Origin: the human T2T-CHM13v2.0 reference genome, Homo sapiens
Strand: one strand, 5' to 3'
Assembly: GCF_009914755.1 (NCBI RefSeq)
Contig: NC_060932.1
Length of the DNA: 64,000 nt
The notes beneath the pieces are model-generated. The model was not told the origin of the DNA. It saw only the letters and a program-made list of their open reading frames with translations, and made no database searches. Positions 14,501-28,220 of this stretch are shown here, one piece after another. A program made the translations under genes and the position numbers. How positions within the stretch are numbered: position 1 is the stretch's first letter; each line of letters starts with the position of its first letter.

Positions 14501-15794
14501 CTAGGCACATTTCAATGTAAAGTCTTAATACTTATTCATTACATAATGAAAGTTTGAACTATGGAGAACAATGAGTAGAAAGTACTTAATCACCAGTTAC
14601 TCAGTGACATGGTCAAAAGATGATTTATTTCCACAAGAAGGTAATATTCTTTAAAAATATACCAGATCTACAATTATTACCAGCCAAAGAATCTTCTGTT
14701 GCGAAATCCTATGATATCATCTGTTATTTAGTCACTTCACACATAGAGATTTTTATTCAATTATGTGGAGTAACACATCAAAAGCTGTAGAAGAATACCT
14801 GTAGGATAGTTAGGAATCATATTAGAGTTAGATATCCTAGGTATCAAACCCAAAAGCTAAGTAAAGACTATATAATATTAAAGACATTTATGAAATCTCC
14901 TTGCCAAGAGATATTTAAAAGTAAGAGAGCTAAACAGAATTTCCTGGAATGCTTTACATCTAATCCATGGAGATACTGGAAGATTACTTGATTTTTCTCT
15001 AAAGCATTTTTTATTCTATTGTCTTAAGAATCTTTAGTATTATAAACTTCTTAGTAAAGATTTTTGTGTACTATATCATATTCTTAAATTCTTGATTAAA
15101 ATTGATACACATTAATTTAAATGCATTGTTCCATTTTGCTATAAATGTTGAAATAGCTAATTTAAGAATTATTAAAACTTTCACATAGGTCAATATGATA
15201 AGCTCTTATTTTTGTATTATTTTTAATTACATAGGCATAAAGAGTAAAGCTTAATGATATAAGTGGACACTTTTTTTCAGTGTAGGATTGTAAAATTAAC
15301 TTTTTCCTTACATTCAGGGAACTTAATCATAGTCACTTATGGTCTTTTCAGCAAGAGAAGAAAGCTATCATGGGTTCAACAAGCTTTTACTTGGCTTTGA
15401 AAATACCTCTTGTTTAAAATACATTGAAAATTTAGCAGCCCTTCTGTATTTTAGATAACACACATTTTAAAATATTTTAAAAATGGAATAGTTTTTCAAG
15501 AAAAACATTATTCACAGTCTTAGTCTTATGTTTGGAAAAAAATCCAATAAATTCAAATTTGGCATAATACAATGCATAATGTTCCACTATGTTATAAAAT
15601 GATGGCAGAGTGGAATATGATGAGCATTAATAGATTCACCCTTAGACACATCATATGCAATTCTAAATTTTTGGGGGGACATTTTCTGCTGCATTGAGTT
15701 TTCATGTTTGGAAGGCATATACTTGTAAAGATATTTAGTCATATTTTTAGAGAATGGTATGTGATCTTTGCAAACTTATAGTTTAAATTATTGC

Positions 15795-15853
15795 TACAAT
15801 ACATCTGTGGCAAATACAATACATATATGGCAAATACAATACATTTGTGGCAA
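15795..15853 (+). repeat. 20-bp tandem repeat, about 3 copies
   Basis: tacaatacat(ctg/ata/ttg)tggcaaa repeated three times. Confidence 0.85.
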
Positions 15854-16885
15854 AGATGTAATATTTTACTATGGAAGCATTTCCCCCCAAAATAAATCCT
15901 CTTAAACACAAACCTTCTTAAGCACAAAAATGTTCTCCATGGCTCAAACTTTGATTATGTAATGAATAAGTTTGTTTTTGTAGTACACCTCCAAATAGTA
16001 ATTGTTATTATTAGCAATAATAAACAGAAATAAATATATGAAGAGTCAAAATTGTTCATAAATCATCTTGCTCTAATACATTTGCACAGATAATTTAATG
16101 TCCTTTTACTAGTCATGATTTAAAGAGCCATATTTCACCCTGCTTTGTAAAAAGGTTACATTAAAAAATATAAAATTTTATAAAATAGAGTACAGATTTG
16201 TCTACAAGGTGTAACAAATCAACACGTAGATGTCTGTGTTTGCACCTTGTAGTTATGTTGGTGAGTAAAATTTAAGATATTTATGACACAGGGAGGGTGG
16301 AGTAGTGGCTAGTAATTCAGAAATTACTTTTCTGTCCTCTGAAAAAGCAGGGAAGCTGTGACAGGGCTTACACCAAAACTTGGAGATACTGACTTTAACA
16401 AACTTCCTTGGCTCTCTTTAAAGCTAGTATTACAAGCATTTTATCAGAAATCACTAATGTGCCCTTCTCACTTGATGACGAGTAGCATTTGACACTCAGG
16501 GGTTAATGCTCATCTCAGCTATAGTTTTTAACATTAAAAGTTACTGGAGATATGGTGAAGGAGAAAAACATGTGTGACAAATAGCCATCTCAAAATCATA
16601 GAAGCTGATCTTCCTCTTTAAAGTCACATGAGGATAAGAAAAGACGATAAGAAATTTGAGAAAGAAAATACTTGTCCTGAAAAAGACAGCATCATCCAGG
16701 CATTAATACTAATATGTCTCCCTTGTAAACCAGGACAGATGTTCAATAATTAGCAAATACAAATAAAAGTTTACTTTTTTGGTAGTAAAGTGTCTCCTTT
16801 ATCCTGGGACTTGCATTTTCAACTAGACTGAAGGAAACTATTCAACTAGACTCCTGAGATGTGGGATCCGTCCTGCAGACCATGA

Positions 16886-17960
16886 CTGGTAGGAATGCCT
16901 CAGATTGTCTCCTTAATATGATGACACTAGTAATATTTAAATTAGATAATTTGTAATTAGTGATACATGAGTTGAACCAAACCTGTCCCTGCACCCGGGT
17001 CACAAATGCAGAGTTTTGGGGTGTAATAGAAATACCGGTTCCCATAAGGAAAACATATGGATGCGTAGTGCAAATTAGGCACTGATCAGTGTGATTATGA
17101 ATAAAGGTTATAGTGTAGTTGTGACTGGAATTATGGTATGTCCCATGCTAAGTGTCAAAGGAGATGCTAAGATGTCCCAGGCACTGGGATATTCCATCCC
17201 CCCATCAGCCAAAATCATAGGGAAGTGGGATGTGGCTACGAAACTGTGATTGATGCCATGATGGATGAGGACATCAGTAAGGCTGCCCTGCAGATGGCTG
17301 TGGGGGCTCCAGTCTAAGATGTTATAACTGCCTAACTGAAGGCTACGGGCTTGTCCCCCACGACAGACCTCCCAGCTAAAGTGGAATCCATTACTTTCTC
17401 TGCTTTGTTCTTTAACACAGGAAGGAATGTTTGGGAAAGTGGCATTGATTGCACTGCCGGTTTGAGGCTACCAGCAGCTAAAACTGTTAAGGCATTTCCT
17501 TTGCCATAATGCAGCCATAATTGTGTTTGGGCAGGTACACTGTAAGGGTTAGAACTTTTATAACTTACACACAGTGGGAGGATAGTAGAGTGATATGCAG
17601 TGTTACCTGACACCTTAGTCCCATGTGTGCCATGAATAAGGGACCCCACTGGTGGTAAATCTATCCCTCCTAGCCAAGCAGTTATGTTATTAAAGGCTAG
17701 GAAGGGGGTGTCTGCCCAAGTGACAGGGCAAAAGAAAGGCAGATCTAAGATATGAGCCCAATACAGTGTAGCAAGTACAGGTTGCAGACAAAGCGAGAGC
17801 ATGAAAAGGATCAATACCCTATGCAAGTTGCAGTGTTCAATAGAGAGCATAGCAAGGAACAAATTATCTGGAGTGAATGGTGTCTGTGTCTGGAGCAGGA
17901 TTCGTTCAGCCTCCTGAGTTGTCTTCTTCAGCATCCCCTAGGTGATGTCCAGGGCTTGTG
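16886..17960 (-). pseudogene. env: Retroviral env remnant (signal peptide/Rec-like region plus SU); TM and PPT absent
   Basis: IT*GMLKKTTQEAE (cf. HML-2 PTWAQLKKLTQLA), hydrophobic signal segment, TLYWAHI, DWSPH in a shifted frame; ends at RRQSEAFLPV, where it joins the LTR stub. Confidence 0.85.
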
Positions 17961-20590
17961 TCATCCAAGGAAGTCGCATCGTCCAGGGCTGTGGGTCCTG
18001 TAGGGTCATTTCCTTCATTTCTGGTACCAGGTTGGGTCCTAGCCATGCCATGGCATGGTTTAATGTGTCGTGCTGGAACCCAAAGAGGACCTGAGGGTAT
18101 GTGAATACAAGCATATCCTCTTCCCCACTTTAACAATTCATTTGGACCACACCATACATTACTGTTTACATCTTTCCATAAAACTGCAGGTTTTATGTCT
18201 TGAGAGGTTTTAGCAAAGTGCTTTTCTACAGCTGATTGAAATTTATTATCTAAATTCAAAAAATTAAGGGTAAATAAGGCTTTTGCCAATAGTGTTGCAG
18301 GGTCCATAGTCATATTCCCTCTTTTTTGTTTTTTGAGCATATTTTTAAGAGTGGAGTGGGCACGTTCTACTATGGCCTGTCCTTGGGGGTTGTGTGGGAT
18401 GCCTGTAGAATGTTGGATGTTCCACATGTGACAAAATTGTTGAAATTGTCAGCTGGCATAAGCTGGACCATTTTCAGTTTTAATCTTTGTGGGCTGCCCC
18501 TTAAATGCAAAAGTTAAAAGAAGATGTTTAATGACATATCGAGTGGACTCTCCAGGAAGAGCATGTGCACTAAGTAGATAAGTGTTGGTATCAACGGATA
18601 CATGCACATATCTAAGTTCTCCTAATTCAGGGATGTGTGTAACATCTGTTTGCCATAACTGATTAGGTTCTAGTCCTCTAGGGTTAACACCTGTTGGAGG
18701 AGGGGACATGCCTGTGAGCTGGCAATCTGGGCATTGCAGGATAATTTGTTTAGCCAGTCTTTGGGTAAGTTGAAATTGTTTAGGTAAGTTTCTCCAGCTT
18801 TGGTGGAAGAATTGATGCAATTGACTGGCTTGGTCAAGCAGTGATGTCATAACCTGAAAGTCTGCTTGATCATTTCCATAACCCAAAGGGCCAGACAGTT
18901 AGCTGTGAGCTCGAATGTGTGTAATAAAATAGGATGTGTACATTGATCTAGCAATTGCTGAAGTCGGAGAAAAAGATCACACAGGGTGAGCTCCAGAGTC
19001 GACTTAATTAGGGCTGTCTCAAGGTTCTACAACAAATAAACAGAGTAGGCAGAGTCACTAACAGTATTGATGGACTGAGAGGGAAAGGTCTCCAGAGCCT
19101 ACATTAAGGCCCCAACCTCAGCTCTTTGAGTGCTAGTAAACCCAGATCAAGTGAGGGAATTATGTGGTCTTTATTAAATAGCCGCTTTTCCATGTTTACC
19201 TGAACCATCAGTAAACAGTGTTAAAGCTTTAGGTATGGGGGAGTGAACTATTTTTGTAGGTAAAATCATAGGAGTATGAGATAAGAACCGAAGGATTTTA
19301 TCAGCAGGAAGGACATCCTCCATTTGACCTGTGTAATCAGAGAGTGCTATTTGCCAATCTACCCATAGGGCAAAACTACTTCAAATTGCTTTTTACTTAA
19401 AGGAATCTTGATGATATCAGGATCATAACCTAGGAACTGACTGCATCATCTGTGGCCTGAATAGATGACTTTACTGATTAACTGGATATAGGAACTGATA
19501 TAGGAAGAGAGTATTTTAGTCCTGGTATAAGAGCAAAAAACCCATTCTAGAAAGTACAGCCCTGGGGTCATCTGTTCTAATAACCCTGCAGGGAAGTGTT
19601 TAGTGGGAAAAATAAACAACTGGACCGAATATTTCGGATCTATGCGATCTAGTTGCCTTTGAGAAATTGCTTGTTCTATCTCCTCAATCTCCTTTTGTAC
19701 TGTGGGGGTTAAATACCTGGGAGAATCCAGAGTTGTATTGCCCTTTAAGATAGAAAACACGTTTTGCAGCTTATAAGTAGGAATGCCCAAGGTGGGACCA
19801 AGCCAGTTAATATCACCTAGTAATTTCTGATAATCATTTAAGGTTTGTAGGTTGCTAGTATTCAATTTAACCTTTTGAGGTCTTACTGACCAGGAAGTTA
19901 GTATGTACCTAAGATATTTCCAAGGAGAGGACATCTGTACTTTTTCAGGTGCTATGGTTAAAACTCTTAACTGTATTCTTTACAACAGAGGTATATAAAC
20001 TTAAAAGTATTGGCTCCATTGGGGCTGCTAGTAGAATATCATCCATAAAGTGAACATTTTTGCAATCAGGAAATTCTTTTTTACTGGGGAGCAAAGCTTG
20101 ATTTACATGATATCGACACATGGTAGGACTGTTTAGCATCCCTTGAGGAAGCATTTTCCTGTGAAATCGGCAAGCTGGCCTTTCATTATTGGTATCTAGT
20201 ATTGTAAATGCAAATTTGTCTCTGTCCTGACCTGTTAGGGGAGTGGTATAAAAACAGTCTTTTAAGTCAATAACAATTATAGGCCAATCTTGAGGAATCG
20301 CTGCGGGGGAGGCATCCCCTATTGAAGGGGCCCCATAGGTTGCAAATTAGCATCAATAGCACATAAGTCATGCAAAAGTCTCTATTTATCAGACTTTTTG
20401 GGAATGACAAAAATGGGTGAATTCCAAGGGCTGTTTGATGGTTCTATATGGCCAGCTTTTAATTACTCCTCAATTAATTCATGGGTTGTCTGTAATTTCT
20501 CTCCTTTCAGGGGTTACTGTTTTACTTAAATTGGATTTGGAGAGAGTCACATTAGGGGTAAGAGATAATAACAGTGGCCATTATCAGAAA
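17906..20590 (-). pseudogene. pol: Retroviral pol remnant (RT, RNase H, integrase), fragmented by stops and frameshifts
   Basis: LPQGMLNSPT and HFMDDILL (RT); LFTDGS (RNase H); HQFFHQ...CPDC zinc finger, WQTDVTH, KTENG (catalytic D replaced by E), GIPHNPQGQAIVERAH and WGRGYAC (IN). Confidence 0.95.
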
Positions 20591-21099
20591 GAGTCTTTCA
20601 AATTCTTAAATTTTACTGAAATCTTAGCAGAGAATTATAATCTGGGATGTCACTTGTATACAAGGAACACATGAAATGTTGCTGTGCTCCGTCGCAAGGC
20701 AGCAGTCTGGGTCCCAGGGCGGCAGCTGCGTTGTGCTCGCCTAGGTGCCGCTTTTTGCCTGCGCCACTTTTTGCCTGTACTCCTCCTTACTCCTGCCACC
20801 GCTGGCTGCTGCTGGCTCGGTGGGCCTTCCTGTGCATACCTCCCGCCCCTCCCCAGCAGGCCAGCTCCAGCGCTGGGCCTGGCTCCCTGACTGAACTACC
20901 ACACTGAGATATTTAAGGTAAGGAACAATTGTGAATAAGTTTGTAAATTATACTCTTCATTTACTATTAGGTATGTATATTATATTTGTTTATTTATAAA
21001 TGATAATATATACATAAATATATATTATCATATATAAATTATATATAAAATACAAACAATATACTAGAATTATCAATAAAATATTTACAGCACAATTTA

Positions 21100-21210
21100 T
21101 TTCTATTTATTTATAAACATATGTTGAGAACATCCTTTTTGAAATGTGCTGGGCAAAGTGCTGGGAGGGGTTTGGAAATTATATAAAATAATCCCTGCCC
21201 TCAAAGATTT
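21100..21210 (-). mobile_element. L2 3'-end fragment
   Basis: aaacatatgttgagaac...gtgctggg...atccctgccctcaaag. Confidence 0.5.
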
Positions 21211-21559
21211 AAGTGACACATTCATTGCAGGAATAAAGTTTAAATGTCAGGAACAAATTTCAGCCCATGCTAGAAAACAGACTTTTTTTTCTGTTAATTT
21301 TCTCTGATATTTTGTCTCTTTCATAACCACATCTTTCTGAAGGTAGACATTTAATCTTAGAATAAACTCATAATATCAGGGTCTCTGACAATTTAATCTT
21401 CTCTCTACTTCCCTTAGTTACTTGGAGAGCTTATATAATGCCAATCAGTAATCACGCAGAGAGAGGTCTTGAGTACCGTGACATCATCTGATGTCACTTT
21501 TTGGATGCATTTTGTCTCACCTATTTGTTTTTCTTTTCATTGCTTCTTGCTGTCATCCT

Positions 21560-21697
21560 CTGTAGGATCTTATTAAAATACAGGTTCAGGTTAAATAGAC
21601 CTGGGGTAGGGCCTGAAATTCTGTGTTTATAACAAGCTCCTAGGAAAAGCTGCTGCTGCTGGTGCTTATGTGGGTGGGGTTCATGCTCTGAGTAGTT
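21560..21697. mobile_element. MER5-like hAT DNA transposon fragment
   Basis: cttattaaaatacag...ctggggtagggcctgaaattctg...taacaagctcc...tgctgctggt...ctctgagtag. Confidence 0.7.
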
Positions 21698-22799
21698 AGA
21701 CTCTGAGGAATAATCTCTGTACCACCATGATCCCTGACATTGCTTGATAATAGCGTGTGCTCTGCATGCTCCTCTTTCAACACAAGATGGATTTCAATCT
21801 GGCTTTTTATCTCAGGTGCTTGTACCTTCCTCTCAAAAGGATAGAAGAAGAAAAACTGTCTCATAGTCTAGAGAAAAAATTTTCATATGCATCCATATGT
21901 CAAATATCCACTTGTATTTCATTTTTCTCACATCATATTGCATGGGATATACTGATATCCTGTTTCTGTCCAGGGGAATCCAGAAAATGTCTAGTCTAAG
22001 GTTTCATCCCCCTTCTAATCAACTGTTGAGCAAAGTAAATGGGCAAGATACAAGTCCTCTCTTCTCAGAGCCTCATATGAGTTTTTATTTATTACTTTCA
22101 AAATTATTCTTAGCTGAGAATCTAATTTCTTTTTAGGTGAGTAGGTGAGTTGGGTAGAAGAAACTGGATCCCCAAGTAATTTTCTAATCTATTGTTTGTC
22201 CGAGGTCCTTAGCCTTGAAGGTTCAAAAACAGATAATCATCTTCTTTTGTTCTATATTATCTATTATGTCTTCCATTCTCCAAGTTATAGATGAAAAATT
22301 CTAGATTAAATGAGAAAGGGTGAAATGTAAATGAAATGATCAGAATTAAAGAAAATATGTTTATTAATCTGTTACCTTCCGTGTGGGAAACTAGATAGAT
22401 GTTCAGACAAGTGCACAGTAATGGGTAATTTTTCAAATATATTTTACTGTGTGGCTGGACTTATGGAAAAATATATAAATTTTTCAGAAGCCATAAAAGA
22501 CCAAAAAGCACAAAACCCCATGGATTAAGATGTGATGTTGGTGCTGGGGACATACAGCCTGAGAGGATATAGGTGTCTGAGTAGGTCTGTAGGTGTCTGA
22601 GTAGGTTTCTAACTAGGATTTCCTACCAAACATTTTCCTCTGAGGTTTGTTAACTCAAGGTCACATTGTTTGAGATGTGATTTGGAATGCAAATAATGTC
22701 TAAAAAATGTTCTTTTGGACAAACTTCAAAAAATTTTCACCAAGTTTATGAACACTAACATAATCACACCTAAACATAAAAATTACTAAAAATAAATAT

Positions 22800-24890
22800 T
22801 TAAACTTCCTGGTTCAAGAATGAGGAGAAAGAAAAATGTGTAGAAATGGACATGAAAAATCTGAAATGAAAAAACAAATTCCTTGAAAAATATTGTCAAA
22901 AATAATTCAAAAAAATTTTGAAAACTCAAATGGGCCTATTTCAAAGAAAGAAATTAATTCAATAGACTAAAATCTTCCTTTACACCTTCCCCATATTCAT
23001 ATAAGATAACAGATCCAAATAATTTCGGATCGTTGTTCTAGAAAGTATCCAAGGAATAGGTAATATTAAGCTTTCTGCAGTGTCTTCAAAGACTAGGAAA
23101 AAGAAGGTGTGTTTCAATCTTAATTTGCTTTTATGTTTAAACCAAGGCCAGACAAGGTCAGTAATTGAAAGAAAATAAAATAAAAATTTATTGAACATAA
23201 ATACAGATATAAACAAATTATTACAAACTAAATACAGTAATGCTTTATAAAAAGGTAAAATGCCACAACATATTGGATTCACTTTATGAATGCAAGATTG
23301 CTTCAAAGTGAGAGGATATGTAAATATAACAAATAAAAGGGGAAAATAATCTAAGTGATTATCGCAATTAGTGAAGAAAATAATCTTTAAAAAATCAACC
23401 AGAATTTATGATGAAATTGTTAGCAAATTAGAAATAGATAAGAACTTATTTGACCTGAGAAGCATTTAGAAAAACTGTCTTAAGTGGTAAAAGCATTCCA
23501 TTTACAATCAGAACATTCCAGTCAGTGCAATAAGGGACATTAAAAAAAGAAAAAAGATATGACATAGGAAAGGAAGAACAGCTTAAAAGTATCAAGAGAG
23601 AATCCTTTGATTGGATGAGATAATTTAGCAAGTTTCCCAGATAATAAGTTCAAAATTTAAATTCAAAACTTCAGTATATTTATATACAAAAGCAATACAC
23701 TATTTGAAAACACACACACACATGCAGGATACCATTTACAATAGCAGTGAAATATATATTTTACCTAGTAACAAGTTTCATAAAACATATGCAAGTTGAT
23801 GTTGTAATAAATTACAAACATTAAAGGTCATTAAAGAAAATCTGAGTGAATTAAAAGATTAGCATGGCATCATACAGGTATTAATTCTGTGTAAACTGAT
23901 ATATATATATAATTTTTATATATGAGAAACTTGACAGGTTGATTTCAAAATTGATTAGAAGCAGCATCTGGAGAGGTGACAAAACCTCCTAAATGAGAAG
24001 AATCAGGTGGTGGGAGGGGGCAGATTTGTTCTTTCAGTTCCTAAGACATATTTTAATGTTCTAATAACTAAAATAGCTGATATTGACTAAGAGGTAGACA
24101 AAAAGAGCAATAAAACAGAAATCATATATTAGATTTTAGGAAATCTGATGTATGACAGTTTGGCATTACAAATTGCTTTGGCATGGCAAGTTAATGGAAA
24201 AATAATTTGCTACTTAATAAATGGTGCCAAGATAACTAAATATCCGGGAAAAATGATAATGGATCATTACCTTATATCTTATTACTAAACTCAATTCCAA
24301 ATGCATCAATGACTTAATGTGAGATGCAAAACCCTAATTTTTTTGAATTTACATATTTTGTTACCTGATTACAGATTTAACCTAGAAATTTAATAATTTA
24401 TTATTATAAAAAGATAACTAGACAATTTCTAAATATTTTGAAATTATACAAGCACTTGTAAAACATCATGAATGAAAGAAGAAATCACCAATTGGAATTA
24501 GAAAATGTTTTACTAAATGAAAATTAAAACATAACAAAACACTACTTGTGCAATGCAGATAAAGCCATGAGTACAGGTTAATTTATAATCCTACGTGCAT
24601 TCTTCAATTCTTATGGCTTATGATCAATGAACTTATCATTTATACTCCCACAAAGTTAAAAAAAATTGAATCTAAAGAAAATAGAACGAAATAATAAAAT
24701 TAAGAACAGAAATTTATATGACACAAAAAATATAATAGAAAAAATTAACTAAACCAAAACTCATTTATTTGAAAAAGACTAATAAAATTTAATACACCCT
24801 AAAAAAATTGCACAAGCAAAAAAGAGAAAAGGTACAAGTTATAAATATCAAAAAATAGAAGGACATCACTACAATCCTTATGAATTATTA
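22800..24890 (+). mobile_element. Ancient L1 (L1M-type) ORF2 fragments
   Basis: A-rich degenerate ORF2 (aaattccttgaaaaa, aaaccaaggccagacaagg, aatttagcaagtt, aataaatggtgccaagataact, ggacatcactaca). Confidence 0.7.
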
Positions 24891-25619
24891 GCAGAGGTAA
24901 CAAGAATGAATCTGCAATCAGATCAAGAATAGAACAGTACCAGCCCCTCCGTCAGAAACCCCCCTCATATGCCTTTCCAATCAATAAAACCTAAAGGCAG
25001 GTATTTTCTTGGCTTCTAACACAATATATTAGTTTTGCCTACTTTAAAACTTCATAAGACTGATATCACACAGCATATACTTTCTTGTGTGTGGCTTCTT
25101 AAAACTTGGATTTTTTAGAATAATACATACAGGAAATAATGGCAACTGCAATAGTTGAATAAGCTAACCTGATGCAATAATAAACACAATGCCTAAATCT
25201 GACCATTTTAACAGATCAAAGCTTATTTCTCGTTCAAGCTATATGTCTTTTATAGGTCAGCAGGGACTCTACTCCATAAGTAACTCTGGTTGCTAGGCAG
25301 AAAGAGGTTTCACCAACTTGAAGATGTACCCTCTAAAATCCATGGCCCCTTCAATTGCAGTGGATGTGGAACAGAAGTCAAGGATGTCACACATCTGCAC
25401 TTTGATTATTTAAATCAGGATCTTCTCATCACGGCCCTTACTAATCAGATGACATCAACTGACTGTAAGAAAGCAAGAAAGTATAGTCTTTTATAAGCTA
25501 TATCATATAACCTAAAGAGATTGACTAGAGGTCAATGAACACTAGTAAGGTCTACCATATGATCTTGGTAAAGGAGTTTTTACATGCAGTATTTTATATA
25601 ATAAAATATTAAATCATAT

Positions 25620-26519
<900 letters not shown>

Positions 26520-27537
26520 TTATATTGGTAATTATGTTAATATTCTCCTGCTCTTCTACTATTTTCTTGTAAAGTAGATTAATAGTAAGATTCTTTTGTT
26601 TTGCTGAGAAAAAGGTAGAAAATTGGAGCAAATGGGAAAACCTGAGAAGAGAGGCTAGATTACACAGCAGAAGGTATGGAGCTACTCTGAAGTAGATGGG
26701 AGAAGAGGGGCCTGACAGTCAGAAAGTCAGCATAGGATGAGGTAAAGCAGGTTAGTAGATTAGATATTTTGATGAGTGGAATTTGATGGGGAAGAGAAAC
26801 CTAAAAATAGTGAAGAGGTTTTCATATGTATAATGTTCTCCACCTCTCCAATAAATCTTTTTAAAGATTAACACCTCACTTCAGTGTCTCAGAGTCAGAT
26901 ATATGCATCCTTCAATTATGTTACTGTATGGAAACAGACCTTACATCTTGAATGCACAAAAAATTCAACTACAAAGAATACTCTTTAATAGGTGCCGACT
27001 TTGGTGCAAATAAATTATAACCGCGTGTCAGAATTTTTTTTCCTTAATAACTTGCTTGATTTATAAATAATTGACAATAAATGCACACTGAGGATTAAGT
27101 ATATCTTTGTACCTACTTCGAAAATGGTAAAGAAAGAGGAAAAACATTTAAGCAGCCTTTCTCAACAAATGATGTTTAGAAAACTGAATATCCACATGAG
27201 AAGGAATTAAGTTGTACTTGTACCTTAAATTGTATTAAAAAATTAATTCAAAATAGATAAAAAAACCTACATGTAAGAGCTAGAATTGTAAAACTTTAAG
27301 AAGAAAATTGGGAAAAATCTTTATGACATTGGATTTGGCAATGATTTCTTGGATGTACCATAATACCAATATGGTCTCAAATGGTACCAAAAGCACAAGC
27401 AACAAAATGAAAAATAAATTGGATTTAATCAAAATTTAAAACATTTGTGCATTAAGTGATACTATCAATAGAGTGAAAAGACAACTCACAGAATGGGAGA
27501 AAATATTTGTAATCATATATACCTCACAAAGCGTTAA

Positions 27538-28220
<683 letters not shown>

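Larger units (their letters stand above)
16860..20903 (-). mobile_element. Deleted class II (betaretrovirus-like) provirus, probably HERV-K HML-5/HERVK22, with only terminal LTR stubs
   Basis: TG...CA ends; 6-bp TSD ctgaga at 16854-16859 and 20904-20909; RT-RNaseH-IN and env SP/SU homology inside; termini TGTGGTAGTTCAGTCAGG and GGTCTGCAGGACGGATCCCACA resemble the LTR22 ends as I recall them. Confidence 0.9.

Noticed and set aside
17332-17934. 200-aa env ORF as a co-opted envelope gene
   Set aside because: There is a stop two codons upstream, a frameshift within SU, no TM domain, and no LTR promoter.
22800-24890. L1 ORF2 pieces apparently out of order (EN-proximal piece after the RT-distal piece)
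   Set aside because: The sequence is too degenerate to distinguish a rearrangement from two separate insertions by eye.
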